DNA of 64,000 bases from Spongospora subterranea f. sp. subterranea. Taxonomy: Eukaryota. The stretch spans positions 1 through 64,000 of the forward strand of contig JAUGWO010000117.1 in the NCBI GenBank assembly GCA_049724395.1. Reading direction: 5' to 3'. The notes below the pieces were generated by a model. It saw only the letters and a list, made by a program, of their open reading frames with translations, was not told the origin of the DNA and did not search any database. Made by a program: the position numbers and the translations under genes. Every line of letters starts with the position of its first letter. The stretch's first letter is position 1. Positions 13,799 through 26,109 of the stretch are shown in pieces.

Positions 13799-14285
13799 AC
13801 AAAGGATCGCGGGTTCTTATGGGTTGAGTAAGCCTGTGTACTACCAGGCTTTCTCTACTTCCGCCCGCCGCTACAAGTAGCTTGGGTATCCAATGAAGGA
13901 ACCTATTAGACCAGCTGGATTCAGCAACATAATCTGTCCTAACGTACGGAATCCGAGAAGGGCAAGGGGCGGAAATTATGCGCAAAATGTTTTTTGTGAG
14001 CAACAAAACTATTTTACAGTACGTCAGAATAAAACTATAGGTAATGCCGTAGCGGACTTCCCATGACAGATTAAACGTCGTCAAAGTAATGGTGAGGCCG
14101 AAAGTGTCACCGGAGGTGATTGCCTTTGTCCAGGATCACTTGAACAATGGGCAGGGGGCGGAAATCATGAAAAAAAAAAATTGTGCGGAGCGGGCCAAGG
14201 CGTCCGTTTTTTGTCCAAAATCGTGACAGATTTGATACAGCGCAACAGCCAATGAATAAGATGTTCGCTTGGAAACAGCAATTTA

Positions 14286-16146
14286 TTATCCCCTTTTACG
14301 GCGAGAACGAAGACGGGTACAAGTCACATGGTCAGGACGGCGCTGTGAACGCAACCGCTCACTAGAAGATTGCACTTGCAAAACCGTCTCCTCTTGCACA
14401 ATGACGTCTTCAGTGGCATCAAAACTGATAGATTGACCTTTTTGACCCTGATATGGGACGATTTCGTCGGAGACCGTCATCTCGCAATCACTTTCAGCTT
14501 TTTCATCTTCCACTGACGTGTCTGAACCCCCGTCCCTGCTTGTTGAAGCATGTCCGAACGCGTCTCCTGCTGGACGCTCCAGTTGAGCAGCATAGCAAGC
14601 ACTATTACATTCATGTTCTTAAAAAAACTTGGCAATTGAAGAGGCACCCATGTTGCCAATGCCGAACGTTGATTCAGCATTGGAGATTGATACAATCTCA
14701 ACGTCAGTATAGACGCCACCCGCGCCCTGAATGTCTAATGCCATAAACTCGCCGCCGGAGCGACAGAACGAGAAATGGCTGAACGCGGTTGCCTTGATCC
14801 GGTCCTTTTTCGTTCGGGCTAATGTTTTGTTCGTTAAACAGATAATATTACCTATATTTAATGTAGGTATATTTGATGGAGGTTTGAAAAACCTTTACCT
14901 GAATTTGAAACGAACTTGTCGAATCGCCCTTTGATTTGACGCTCGATGATCCAAATCACGCCCTTCCGGCACATCCTGTTGAATGGATTGTTCTTTGCAG
15001 GAAACAGAACATCAATAACCTCCGGCAGGAGTTCGACGACAACGCTGTCACAAAACGTGACCATAAAATCATCATTTTTTACAGCGGCGTTGAACTCGAT
15101 CGCCATTTGGGAGCATAATGCTGCCATTTGGACGGCACGTGTCGCTGTGCCTAGCCGGTCATCCAACGGAGAATTGGCCACCTTATATACGACAAGAGCT
15201 GATCCAAACACCATTGGAAACATAGCTTCCTTATAAACAATCTTGGACTCGCCGTCAGTAATAGGATCTTCCATGTTCGGTACAGGAAATTCCTTCTCGC
15301 TTAGAAACTGTTGCGACCATTTTTGACCATCGAACTGTCTTAAAATGGCAACTCCAGAGCCTTGCACTGCGGTATCCGATTTTGAATTCTGGTATATATC
15401 CTGGAACTGAAATTGATCAAGATTGCCGAACGCGCTTGAGTGTACAAGGGCGCTTCCCTTCGTTCCTGTCTCAATCGCTTGATGACAGGACCGGTGGCGT
15501 GACTACTGTTGTTGTTGCCAAACAACTCGATGGTGCGCAGCGGCTGTTGAATTGGGCCACAGTCTTCACCATTGTCAGGGAGAGTCATATCCCATTCGTT
15601 ATCAACATTACCCTGTTCATAATCGTGGCTGATTCTGTCATTATCATTGAAGCCATCTTGTGAATGGTCTGATCTCACCAGATGCAACACCTTCTTGCCT
15701 CCAGAATGAGTGAGGTTGGAAGGAAATTCACAGAATGGCGTGTTCTCCTGTATTATTGCACCATCCCCCGTGGTAAGAACGTAAGTGGCCCCAGAGGACC
15801 ATTTCGGAACAGGAAATAAACTGGATGCCAATCCATCGATAATATCATAGTATGTGGCCGACAATGCGAAAACGACGTTGATTGCTGGATGATCTGGTAA
15901 CTTCGTTGCCTTTTTAGTTCGGGGATCCATCCCTAGCGGGTAGGCGGTGACGTTCACCTTGACTAACATCGGGTTGATCGCCACACCACGACGACTGCCG
16001 CCTCCGGCACGGCGACGTGACACGTCGGCCCCTGCTTCCTTAAATTTCAGAAGCTCGGCCGCGACGGTCTTTTTGACAACATCCCCAAGCGTTGGGCAGG
16101 AAGCCAAGCACTGACCCTGTTGCTGACCACAATGTTGACAGAACAT
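14286..16146 (-). pseudogene. Alpha-kinase (MHCK/eEF2K family) with N-terminal CxxC and possible beta-grasp domain; one in-frame stop
   Basis: Splicing a GT-AG intron at about 14852-14898 gives WIIERQIKGRFDKFVSNSG..ATAFSHFSFCRSGGEFMALDIQGAGGVYTDVEI..FGIGNMG..IAKFF*EHECNSAC, the full alpha-kinase signature. TAA at 14619-14621; frame change at about 15407-15435 (short GC-AG intron or frameshift). Confidence 0.9.
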
Positions 16147-16256
16147 AGACAGACTCGTTGATCAAATAATTGATTGAACCCACCCGACGACGAATCTGTC
16201 ATGGGAAATCCGCTACGGCATTACCTATAGTTTTTTTCTGACGTACTGTAAAATAG

Positions 16257-17811
16257 GGGCGGCTATAATTCACTGGCCGCACTAACTGGCCGCAGTTTCT
16301 TGGCCAGTTAGTGTGGCCAGTGTTTTCTGTAGGCCGCTGGTAGGGTGTGAATTAACCGGCCGCATTCACTGGCCTGATTGATCAAAACAGGCCAGCGATT
16401 GCGGCCGGTTAATTCACATTCTAACTAGGGTGTGACAGAATTCACTGGCCGCACTAGCTGGCCAAAACCTGCAAAATTGTTTAGAAACTGGCCCAAAATT
16501 TGAAATTTCAAAGTCATAGTGTGTCTTTCTACAGAGCTGATTCAGTTTCTCACATAATGCAGCGACGAACACCGTTAATTCACACAACAGGCCGGCCACA
16601 TCTCAATGCTGCTGCTATGTGGAAGGCAGCTTCGAAAGCTGTCGTCTTTCCCATTACGTTTTCTAATTACAAAGGGAAAACTATCACAACTTCTTCATTT
16701 TTTTCTTGAAATTGTTCAAGCGGGGCACATGCTATCAAGCGGCTGTCAGAAATGCATTCTTCTCATTGTATTAAATCTTAACATAGAACACATAATAAGA
16801 GAGACCACGGCTTTCGAATTTGCCTTCCACATAACAGGCTCTGCCGTCGTTCTCCAAGTCGTTGTAATAATACCGACCAGGAATTTTGACGGTTTCTTGA
16901 CGCAAGATGTGTGCATAAAAATGTGAACATGTGTCCAATTTGGATGAGATGCGAGCAAAAAGACACCAGTGGAACCCGTTGGCAGTAACTGGTTCATTAC
17001 ACATCAAGCTGTCAGATGCACACTCTACTGGCAGCTCGATCAACATGATATTCTCTGGCATTGATACAATCTCGCGAACATCTTTCGTAAGAACCTGGGA
17101 ACCAAATGAATACACAACAACGGAACATGCTTTCAGCCTCTACCATATCATAGGCCGGGTCTGAGCAAAGTCGGTTGGTCATTTCCAATCGCTGTTGGAA
17201 CAGCGGATAAGGCCCGCACAAACTTTGTAATGCAGAGTTATGGCAACATTGTTGGTTTTGGGATGAAGTAATTTCTTAGATTTTGTGCAGCGAAACTGCC
17301 AATGGCATCGCTGCATCAAATTCGCTTTTTCCGACATCCGTTCGAACCTGTAACTGCATTCACCGCTGATAGCCAGTGGAACGCCATCTTTGTCCAGCTC
17401 GTGTTCACTACTGTTAACAGGTGAATATGCGAAGTCCTGTTCTTCGAAATCACACGCTTGCCAATCCATTCGCTTCACCATGACGAGAACTGAAATGCGG
17501 ACATCACGAGATATTCCCTTCGCCAGATTTTAGTTCGCGCAAAATGTGATATTCCACGTGACGCAGTTTCTAGCCAGTATGTGCGGCCAGCTTTTGCAGG
17601 TTTTGGCCAGCTAGTGCGGCCAGTGAATTCTGTCACACCCTAGTTAGGGTGTGAATTAACTGGCCGCAATCGCTGGCCTACTTTGATCAATCAGGCCAGT
17701 GAATGCGGCCGGTTAATTCACACCCTACCAGCGGCCTACAGAAAACACTGGCCGCACTAACTGGCCAAGAAACTGCGGCCAGTTAGTGCGGCCAGTGTTT
17801 TCTGTAGGCCC
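16257..17811 (-). mobile_element. Mutator-like element (MULE), internally deleted
   Basis: 9-bp TSD GTAAAATAG (16248-16256, 17812-17820); GGGC..GCCC termini; about 220-bp TIRs made of CTGGCC/GGCCAG repeats; broken ORF starting at 17481. Confidence 0.9.
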
Positions 17812-17992
17812 GTAAAATAGTTTTGTTGCTCACAAAAAACATTTTGCGCATAATTTCCGCCCCTTGCCCTTCTCGAATTCCCTACACGTGGGTGAGATAA
17901 CACCCACGGACTAACACCCAAATCCGACCACTCGTTAAATAAGATGTCCGGTACTGTAGCAGTTATTTCGGACCAGAGGGAGTATTACCGGC

Positions 17993-20313
17993 GGATTCAA
18001 TTTGGATCCAAATTGATCCAACACTGTGCGCAGTCACTTGTAAATACAGTTAAGTGTATATTTATCTACAGTAGTGCTTTGTTATCATAAATAGGAAGTC
18101 CCCGTTTGACCAGGAATTTTCCCAGATACAAGTTGTTTTTCCCAGTGAAGGTTTCGACGACACCTAACGATCTTCAGTCAGGTACAATTAAAGGAAGCAC
18201 GAATGCTGACGAATACAGTCTGAAAATTCAGCGGAATCTTGCTGAAATCAAGAGCCAAAATCACCCCTTTTATCCAATTATCGTCGTGTGTACAATATTT
18301 TTTTGCAGATATTAAAACAATCATGGAAATTTTTATTTAAAATTCTTGGAAACAATCTTGGTATCCAGGATGCAATCTCGTGATTTCAGAAATTTCACGT
18401 TGAATTTCCAGGCTGTACTCCTGCGCTATCGTTCTTCCTCCCGTAGCACCTGACTGAAGATCGAAGGTTTCAATCGGTGTCATCCTAACCTCTATTGGGG
18501 ACAAAACTTGTATCTGGGAAAGTAATCAGCTTTGGACATTGGAAATAGATTTGTTCATACACAGGTATCCATAGATAAACTATGGAACCAATCCAGTTCA
18601 AAAGGTATGCCTGTCTCCAGGTAACGCTCTTTGGGAAACACCTGCTCATAAGTTACAACTAGTACAGATCAAAACTACATGACATTACTGTTAAAACTGT
18701 CGCATAAACGCCGTTTCCGGGACCTGGCACCCTGCCAGGGTATCAAAAAAATATCGTAGCCCCAAGTCCAAGCTTAATGCGATCACTGCAAGAGAATCAG
18801 TAAAACAAGCAGCCATAACAACGAAAGTGTTGCAACCATTCAAGATTCACAGAAGCGCATACTGTGTTTGAAGCCTGCATCGATGTCAGCTGCGCTTCTG
18901 ATGCGAAGTCCTCCGGTTCTCCAGCAAGTTCTGCCTCATGTCTTGGAAAATCCAGGATGTCCCTGAGGGCTGCAAGTTCCTGACCACTATCATTGCAAGA
19001 TAGTGCTTCTTCTATAAAAGACTCAAACGAGTTGTTCATTTTTTCTAACTGCAATACCTGAAATGGTCTGCGCTGTATGCGAATTATGAGTACCGGGAAC
19101 AGAATATGCGCCAGAGGTGTTGCAACTATCTGATTCTGCCGCGTCATCAAGCCCAACGAGATGAGATGGTATCTCTGCATTCGTCGCGTCGTCAGCATGA
19201 TGGAGGAGATGAGACCGTGACGCAACAGTTGCCACAACAGGTGTAGACAACTCTGCATTCATTACGGATGTAACGTGGGCCATTACAGGAACATAGTTGG
19301 GTCTGCGTGAATCATAAACTTAAAAAATGGCATCTGAGACAAATCAGAACACAAACCTTTCCACCGTTTGCGTTGTTTCTGATTCGAATCGTCGGATAAA
19401 TTCAATATAGCCAGGAGGAATAAGCGCATGTGTTGGCACAAAAGAAGGAGCATGAGACGGTGCAACACTGATCCCCTGATCGATCTCGTGTATCAAACGG
19501 ACAAACGACTCAGCGTCTCCAGGAAGAACGTCAATCAAAACTGTGAGGCTGGGATGAGCCGAAGGGAACAAATTGTTACAGCGGTTGTTGTAAGACTCAA
19601 TCGGGTTATTTGTCCTATCAGCGATACACTCTCCTGAAGCAATCTGCCGACTGATGTTCCAGTGTTTTGGATGAATTGTTTCAATCCACATCCGTCTGAA
19701 ATAGCTAATGAACTGATCGAGCTTCTGCCCTTCACTGGAATCATCTCTGAATGCAGGTTACGTCCAGATATCGTCGCGTGATGATGCATGATGCTTCTTC
19801 CCAAACCATGCGTGCAGGTTGTGCACGATCCCGAATAGCGATTGCATCGATCAGCGAGCGCATCTACTGGATAGGTAAACGAAATATGAAGTTTTGGCGG
19901 GACAAATGTTGAGACCTCCTGAGTGGCATCGACTCGTTGACCATGAACTGGAACTTCATTGTGAGGATTGCAGGAATGAGGGGTCAATTCTCGTATCGCT
20001 CCAGATGGCAGGAGCTCAGCCGTCCCAGGGCATGGCACCTGCCGCGATGATGACCGCCACCGACTGCATCGATAATACGACGAATTTTGCTGCGATAAAC
20101 CATTTTCCTGCCATTGAGATGAAAGGGAGCGGAGCCATTGTGCAATTGAACGCGTGAGCCGTGAAGGATACCGATCCGGGATATTGATCAATTCTCCGCA
20201 AATGTATATGAGCAAGTGTACACTGTAGGAACACTTAAATGTATATGTGAGTGACTGCGCACAGTGTTGGATCAATTTTGGATCATTGGATCAATTTGGA
20301 TCAAAATTGAGTC
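17993..20313 (-). mobile_element. MULE relic with FLYWCH-like domain and transposase C-terminus
   Basis: Imperfect TIRs sharing GATCCAAATTGATCCAACACTGTGCGCAGTCAC; SYYRCSRWR..CPGTA..HSC; RTNNPIESYNNRCNNLFPSAHP; no clean TSD seen. Confidence 0.75.
18121..18518. mobile_element. MITE-like element nested in the MULE relic
   Basis: CCCAGATACAAGTT / AACTTGTATCTGGG termini and inner IR GATCTTCAGTCAGGT / ACCTGACTGAAGATC; no ORF; TSD unclear. Confidence 0.6.
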
Positions 20314-20578
20314 TACTGTACTCAGTATTACAGTACCGTACACTCTAAGGAATTAAAATGGGTCTTGTCCAAATACGCAAAAGTCGACTTTTTGGGCGTC
20401 GACTTATTTTCTCCGCGACTGTAAGCGTCGACTTTTTGAAAAAGTAGGTCGCCGACCTACTTTTTCAAAAAGTCGACGAATTAGAGTCATATTCGATGAC
20501 AAAAATCCGTGAAAAAGGAGATAGAAGTAGACGCAGTAGTCGACGCCGTCGGGGTTACTCCAGCTATTTCTGACTCCA

Positions 20579-21772
20579 ATGGGCGACACCGAGATGATGA
20601 ACATCGTCGCCGCCATGACGTGCGTTGCGGCAGCTGTGGCTGCTATTGCTGCGGATGGACGTCGGCACAGGCGCCCAGCTTCAATGATATATACCATTCG
20701 TAATAATACTTGGCAAGGTTGACATTCAATTTCGTTGTTGTCTAGCAGCTTTTATAGGTTTGACAGTTTGTTTTAGGCGTTGAAGCCTGCTCGAATGACG
20801 GATGGTACCGCAGAAATCTTCGCGTATCCAGGGCAACATTCAACTGGATCGTAGATCAATTGACCGAATACTCGGACAACAATGGAATTGCTTTGCCTGG
20901 CGATAATGCCTATGTCGATATGCGCACGAGGATTGCTTTGACGTTGTCGTACCTATCGCAAGAGGATGGTTTCATCAAATCCGCTGCTTTGTTCGGCATC
21001 GCGAAATCAACTGCGATTAGAAACGTTAATTCGTGCTTGGACGTTCTGATTTCATTAGCTCCCCAAGTGATCAAATTCCCATCCACGCCAGCTGCATGGC
21101 AGAAGATTGCAGGAATGTTCGAGGAGAATTGCGGGTTCCCGGACGTTGCGGGGGCGATCGATGGAACGCTGCTCCAAATCGAACGACCTTTTGAATATGA
21201 TGGCTGGATTTGTCGCAAGGGATTCCCAGCGATCAACATGCAGGCAACCGTTGACGCAGACGGCAGGTTCATGGAATATTCAGTACGGTCAGGGTCATGT
21301 AGCGACAAGAATGTTTGGACAATGTTCAGTCTAGGCCGATTGGCGCCAGGTATACTGCCCGTCAACATGCATTTCCTGGGCGACGCCGGGTATACTTTAT
21401 CGTCTTTGATGCTTACGCCATATCTAATTTATGAGGGGCATGCCACAAGACGAAAAACGATACAACTACCTCCATTCGCGAACCCGGATCGTAGTCGAGC
21501 GGGCATTCGGTGGCTTGAAAGGACGTTGGCGAATCCTGAAGCGTACCCTCAACATGAAATCTCCCATGAGTTGTGCACGAACCATTGTGGCCTGCATGAT
21601 TTTACATAATCTGACAGTAGACGCAGGTGATGATGTAGACCTCGGAAACCGGATTGACGAATATCTACATCAGCATCAACGTTTTGACAATGTTGAGGGA
21701 CACCGTCGCCATGACATAGATCGCCAGCAAAAGCGCAACAATATCAAAGATTATTTTCAAACATTAAATTAA
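20579..21772 (+). pseudogene. HARBI1-like DDE transposase, one intron, single frameshift
   Basis: NLRVSRATF, GFPDVAGAIDGT, GSCSD, FLGDAGY, HSRTRIVVERAFGGLKGRW, CMILHN; extra G in the G run at about 21435-21438. Confidence 0.9.
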
Positions 21773-21779
21773 TTGCGAT

Positions 21780-22598
21780 TTATTTGGAAAAATTTTGAAA
21801 TGCCTTCAACAGCATCGAATTGATGGCGCTTTGCTCTTCAAATCGTTTTTCAATCTTTTGAAGAATTGACGCCAGTGATGAATCAACAGAAGTAGTTTGT
21901 GCTGCTGCGTTTATTTTCGCGACTTCGACCATGGCGGCTGCCATGCTTCCCATGCCCTGAATCAGGCTGTCACCAAGGGATGGGACAGCAGCTTTGCGGC
22001 TGGGAGTCCCAACGTCCAATCGAGTTTGGGAGGATGGGATATTATCATCATCGGTTTCATTGTCATCATCAAGTTCGGGTTCCCCAGAGCATCCTCTGCT
22101 TAACGAATCCAACAAGGGACTGGCATGTAGTCCCGGCTGTGCCTGAAATATTGGTCACAACAAACAGGCCGAATTGCCTTGAATATGATAAAAAACCTGC
22201 ATGTGGTCAGACAATGCTTCCCAGTATTCCGGGTACTTGATTCCGTCTTGGGGATTTCCGGTCTCGTTCTGGGCCTGGATCAACGAGCGATACTCCGACT
22301 TGAGGGAGGTAAACCTGTTTTTGACCTGTTTGGGATCAAAACAAGCATCGCTTCTTGCATTTAAGCGAGCAGTAAGCCACGCCCACCAAGCCGCCTTCTG
22401 CTTGTTGGTCTGACATGCGTTGAATTTCGCTTTCGAAGGAGCGCTGTAGCGTATCTCCAGCAACGACTCAATCGTGGAACATGACCACTCGGCACGTTTT
22501 AATGCCTTGGTCTGTCTTTTGTTTTGGCTCTCGCCCGCTTTGCGCTTAGGGGGTGTCGCGATGATAGCCGCTATCGCTTGCGACATCTTTTTATGCAA
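21780..22598 (-). CDS. Harbinger Myb/SANT-like DNA-binding protein, intron-containing
   Basis: WSCSTIESLLEIR..WWAWLTARLN..QVKNRFTSLKSEY..TGN..YPEYW; second exon ends at 21780. Confidence 0.8.
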
Positions 22599-22667
22599 AT
22601 ATAATAATAACTCCGCAAGAAGTCGATCACTTGGACCTCAGACTCATCGACTTCTACTTTTTGGGTA

Positions 22668-23290
22668 CAGTACCGGACATCTTAACACCACAGTCATTTC
22701 AAATTGGAAATCAGAAAGTGCGTACGCAGATAAAATATGCGCAACGGCGCAGAATATAAGTGCAACTGCACCTGTTTTCCCCAAATCAAAGATCGTTTTT
22801 TATGCGAACTGGCAAGCTTCTATGACGCTTATAAACTTTGACAGCATACTCTACTTGGCACATGGTCAGTCTGTTGCCATCGGAACCATTAACGCGATAG
22901 GCGTCCATGTATCTGAAGCATTTGCGGGCAAACCGACGAATCTGGGACACGGTCACTGCCTGAAGTGCCAGGGGAACAACGCATTTCAAGTCCTTGAAGG
23001 AATAAGTACAGTTTCTTCGTGTGTAGCTCTTACACGCGGCCCAATACATTTCTATGAAGTTGAATTCACAATGGAACTTAGGATAGTTGAAAATCGGAAT
23101 GACTTTCTTTTGAAGCTGGTTCCAAATCAGCATTGGTCCAATAACCGTCGGCGTTCTTCCCAGGCTCGATTATGGTTACGGTTGCTGACTATATTAGAGG
23201 ATGCAATGCTTGCAATTGCGGTGATAATCTCATTGCACCATGGCATTGACATAAGAATTCCGATACCATCAAACTCTTCCCTTCCCCTTT
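22668..23290 (-). mobile_element. IS630/Tc1-mariner-type transposase C-terminal fragment with one TIR
   Basis: TA|CAGTACCGGACA terminus at 22668; [27 protein letters not shown]. Confidence 0.7.
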
Positions 23291-24642
23291 GGGACGTATG
23301 GGTAAATGAAGTCGACGCCCTAAAAGTCGACTCCGCGCACTTGGACCAGAAACTAAGGAAGTGTCACAGTCACACAGATGGGGAGTTCACTGAAACCCCC
23401 CCCCCCCCCCCGTCATTTGGACGCAAAATCAAATCACAGTTAAACACTCAAACAGAGTAGAGAAATGACGTTTTAGAAAGCAGAGAGTTTCGCTACGTCG
23501 ATGAAAAAGATTGAAAACCAAAGAGAATGTCAGTGCCAACAAAATCAACATTATTGACCATGTGCAGTGATCATATATCAACACAGCACTGTCTACCAGT
23601 GCTAATAAAGCAAAATTAACGATTGATATCCAAAATTACTCAAGTTGAACGATACAAAGTTGCAGATTGCCTCGCGTCAAATAAAATTCCTCAAACAAAT
23701 CAATTGTGAAAATTTAAGGGCAAACATTTGCTTGAAGTCGGCTGTATTCGACATATACTTGTCAAATTATTGGGAAACGGTAATTAGCGCCGTTCGCTCA
23801 TTGCCATCGACGGCATTGATGTCTGCCACATAGTTCAGCAAAATTAGACCAAACATCACACTAGACAAGCTCAGGCTTCACAAATGTGATTCGGAGAGAT
23901 TCATATTCGCAATCTGTGCCATAGTAACGCGGTGCCCGAATGCAGAATAGAGCGTTGGGGTCTTCCCCTACTCATATTTGGTGGAAGCTAGAAATACGTG
24001 ATAACTCGCCTGTTTGAGTACAGGAAAACAACAATAGTGACCATGTGGAGAGATAAAAAAAAATATAAAACGACATTCTCAAGCCCAGTGCCAATGAGAC
24101 AAGTCAAGTTCCCAACACGAGTATTGTTAAAGATTTCTCCGAATAACACCCTTCAAGGTTGTAACTCAGAGCGATTACAACATGTGAACACCAGGCAGTG
24201 CACAGATTGAACCTTCAGCTAAAACCCGATTAAATGTCCAGCTTGTTCAATGGGTGAGCTGATAGATTCAAAAGCAGCAAGAAGTCGTTAAGTTGAGAGA
24301 CTCAAACCCGGAAGCCCTTTCAGTAATCGTCATCTTATGCGATTCGAAATCTGTCAGTGGATGAACGGATTGAGTGGTAGGTGAATAACGGGTATCAAAT
24401 CTGGCTGTATCACACCAGAGTTGTCCCTCATGGCGATCCTGATTGTTTCATCAACGCCGTCTCCTCTCCCATATAATCTGTGTCTCGGATTGGGATATCA
24501 CTTATTACTGTTCAGAAGATGTTCATTTCAGCATTGACTGAATCAACGTGCTGTTGCGGATCAGTCGAATCCGCCTTCGCCATTCTGTTCGATTGGCCCC
24601 AGTACTCCACAACCTGATAATGCCAAAAACTCTCTGTCGTGT

Positions 24643-25088
24643 TTATTTTAACGTCGAGTTTATTGTTCTTCGAAAGGAGAGCATAACGCCCAATCCTATA
24701 AGGCTTACAACGACTAAAACCGCAACGAGGATCATATTGATGGGGAGAGCACCACTACCACCGATACTGTGGGGTATGCAACAAGGGATCGACTCAACAG
24801 ATGGCGCCTCTGTCTCATCGGTTGATTCAATGGAAACTGATACAGGGAGCTCATCTTCATGGTCGGTTTGTTTCTTGATGGAAGTCGTTGTTCGCGTGGA
24901 AAAATCTGATGGAATGATGAGCGATTCTGTCAGTGAATTCTGTTTCGTTGTGCAGTCTGACCGTGTTGGTTCTGTGGATTAACGTTGGAGCGAAGAGATT
25001 TACCACCCTTGGTGGATTTGCTAGATATTAGATCAGACCCGACCAGGGTCATAGACCATACGACAATGACTAGCAATAATCTCATCAT
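24643..25088 (-). CDS. Small predicted type I membrane protein (signal peptide, S/T/E-rich ectodomain, TM helix)
   Basis: MMRLLLVIVVWSMTLVG, joined by a 32-nt GTAAAT..CACAG intron to EPTRSDCTT..MILVAVLVVVSLIGLGVMLSFRR..LK*. Confidence 0.5.
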
Positions 25089-25368
25089 GGAGATGAAAAC
25101 AGAATGGATATTAATGTGATACTTAATAATATGATTAACAGCAATAAACGCCCTTTCCCTTTTTGCAGCTCAAAACAGTCAGTAATGAGTCATTCCGTCG
25201 GAATTACAACGGTTCTCCTCGGAACTTTGTCCCCCCAAACCCTAAACTCCGTAAAGCACCGACAGCTACGCACCGTAAAATACAATAAATGGGAAACTGG
25301 GAAACTTGTAAGGTATCCGATACCCTACCCAAAGCGCCAATATATCAACCACTAGAGGAGAAGATCTA

Positions 25369-25458
25369 ACAAATGTTCAGAACTAGGGATGAATCTTAGC
25401 GGATCGCAGTACAAGACTACTCTCACTCTTACAATCCCCCGTTCAAATCAAGTCGTCT
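25369..25458 (-). rRNA. Isolated fragment of the 3' end of LSU (28S) rRNA
   Basis: Reverse complement AGACGACTTGATTTGAACGGGGGATTGTAAGAGTGAGAGTAGTCTTGTACTGCGATCCGCTAAGATTCATCCCT resembles the conserved eukaryotic LSU 3'-terminal region; similarity stops at about 25458. Confidence 0.8.
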
Positions 25459-26109
25459 CAGCTTCTCACGATGTTTAGGCTTTGGGGAGTACAAAGTTCC
25501 GAGGAATAGCGGAAGTTGACTGAAATCCTGTTGACTGATTAGGGAGAGTTATGGGCGATACCTTCGTAGTCGTGATCGAATTGATGTGCTCTCGATTCCC
25601 CGATTAACTTATTTGACGCTTTTCAGTAAAGTAGGGACGTTGATTGTGTAATCTGAAGTTTGTAAAAACGTCACTCTTTTTCAAAACAAATCATGTTGTG
25701 TGGAAATAGGGTTTCTGGACTGTGAACCTGTTAAATTGTCAAACGACATGGGTTAGCTGGTTTAGTTATATTCATAACATTATCGTTCGGAATTTCCCTA
25801 GTTGGAACAGAATGGAGTTTGTGATAGCGAATTGCAGTACCGATCACCGTTGCAAACATGAAACTACAGCCAAAAGGCGATAGCGGGACTGTACGAATTA
25901 TATACCAGAATCGTTCCAGTTTCCTGGATTTACGATCTTGCTTCAGAAAGGTCCTGTGATCATTCATATGCTTGACTACAATGGTGGAGCCGAAACTCCT
26001 TCCATCGTGGACACAATTTCTCCAACTTCTATTCCCCGTGCAAAAGATGAATTTTTGTGATGGCGAAGGAAGTGGAGGGCTATCAACTGCGAAATTGAGC
26101 CATCATGGC

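Larger units (their letters stand above)
13945..17884. mobile_element. Non-autonomous long-TIR DNA element carrying an alpha-kinase gene
   Basis: About 135-bp TIRs: left 13945-14082; right 16186-16256 plus 17821-17884, split by a nested MULE. Termini TACGG../..CCCTA; flanks AACG / CACG; no transposase inside. Confidence 0.85.
20360..23353. mobile_element. Harbinger (HARBI1-type) element, near intact; right end either 22645 or 23353
   Basis: Left end GGGTCTTGTCCAA..GTCGACTTTTTGGGCGTCGACTT is matched imperfectly by about 23305-23353, more weakly by 22621-22645; convergent transposase and Myb/SANT genes. Confidence 0.75.

Noticed and set aside
23396..23411. C16 run as a functional G-quadruplex
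   Set aside because: A simple homopolymer with no supporting context.
22474..23460. 328-aa + strand ORF
   Set aside because: It is the antisense shadow of the Myb gene and the Tc1-like transposase fragment; no motifs.
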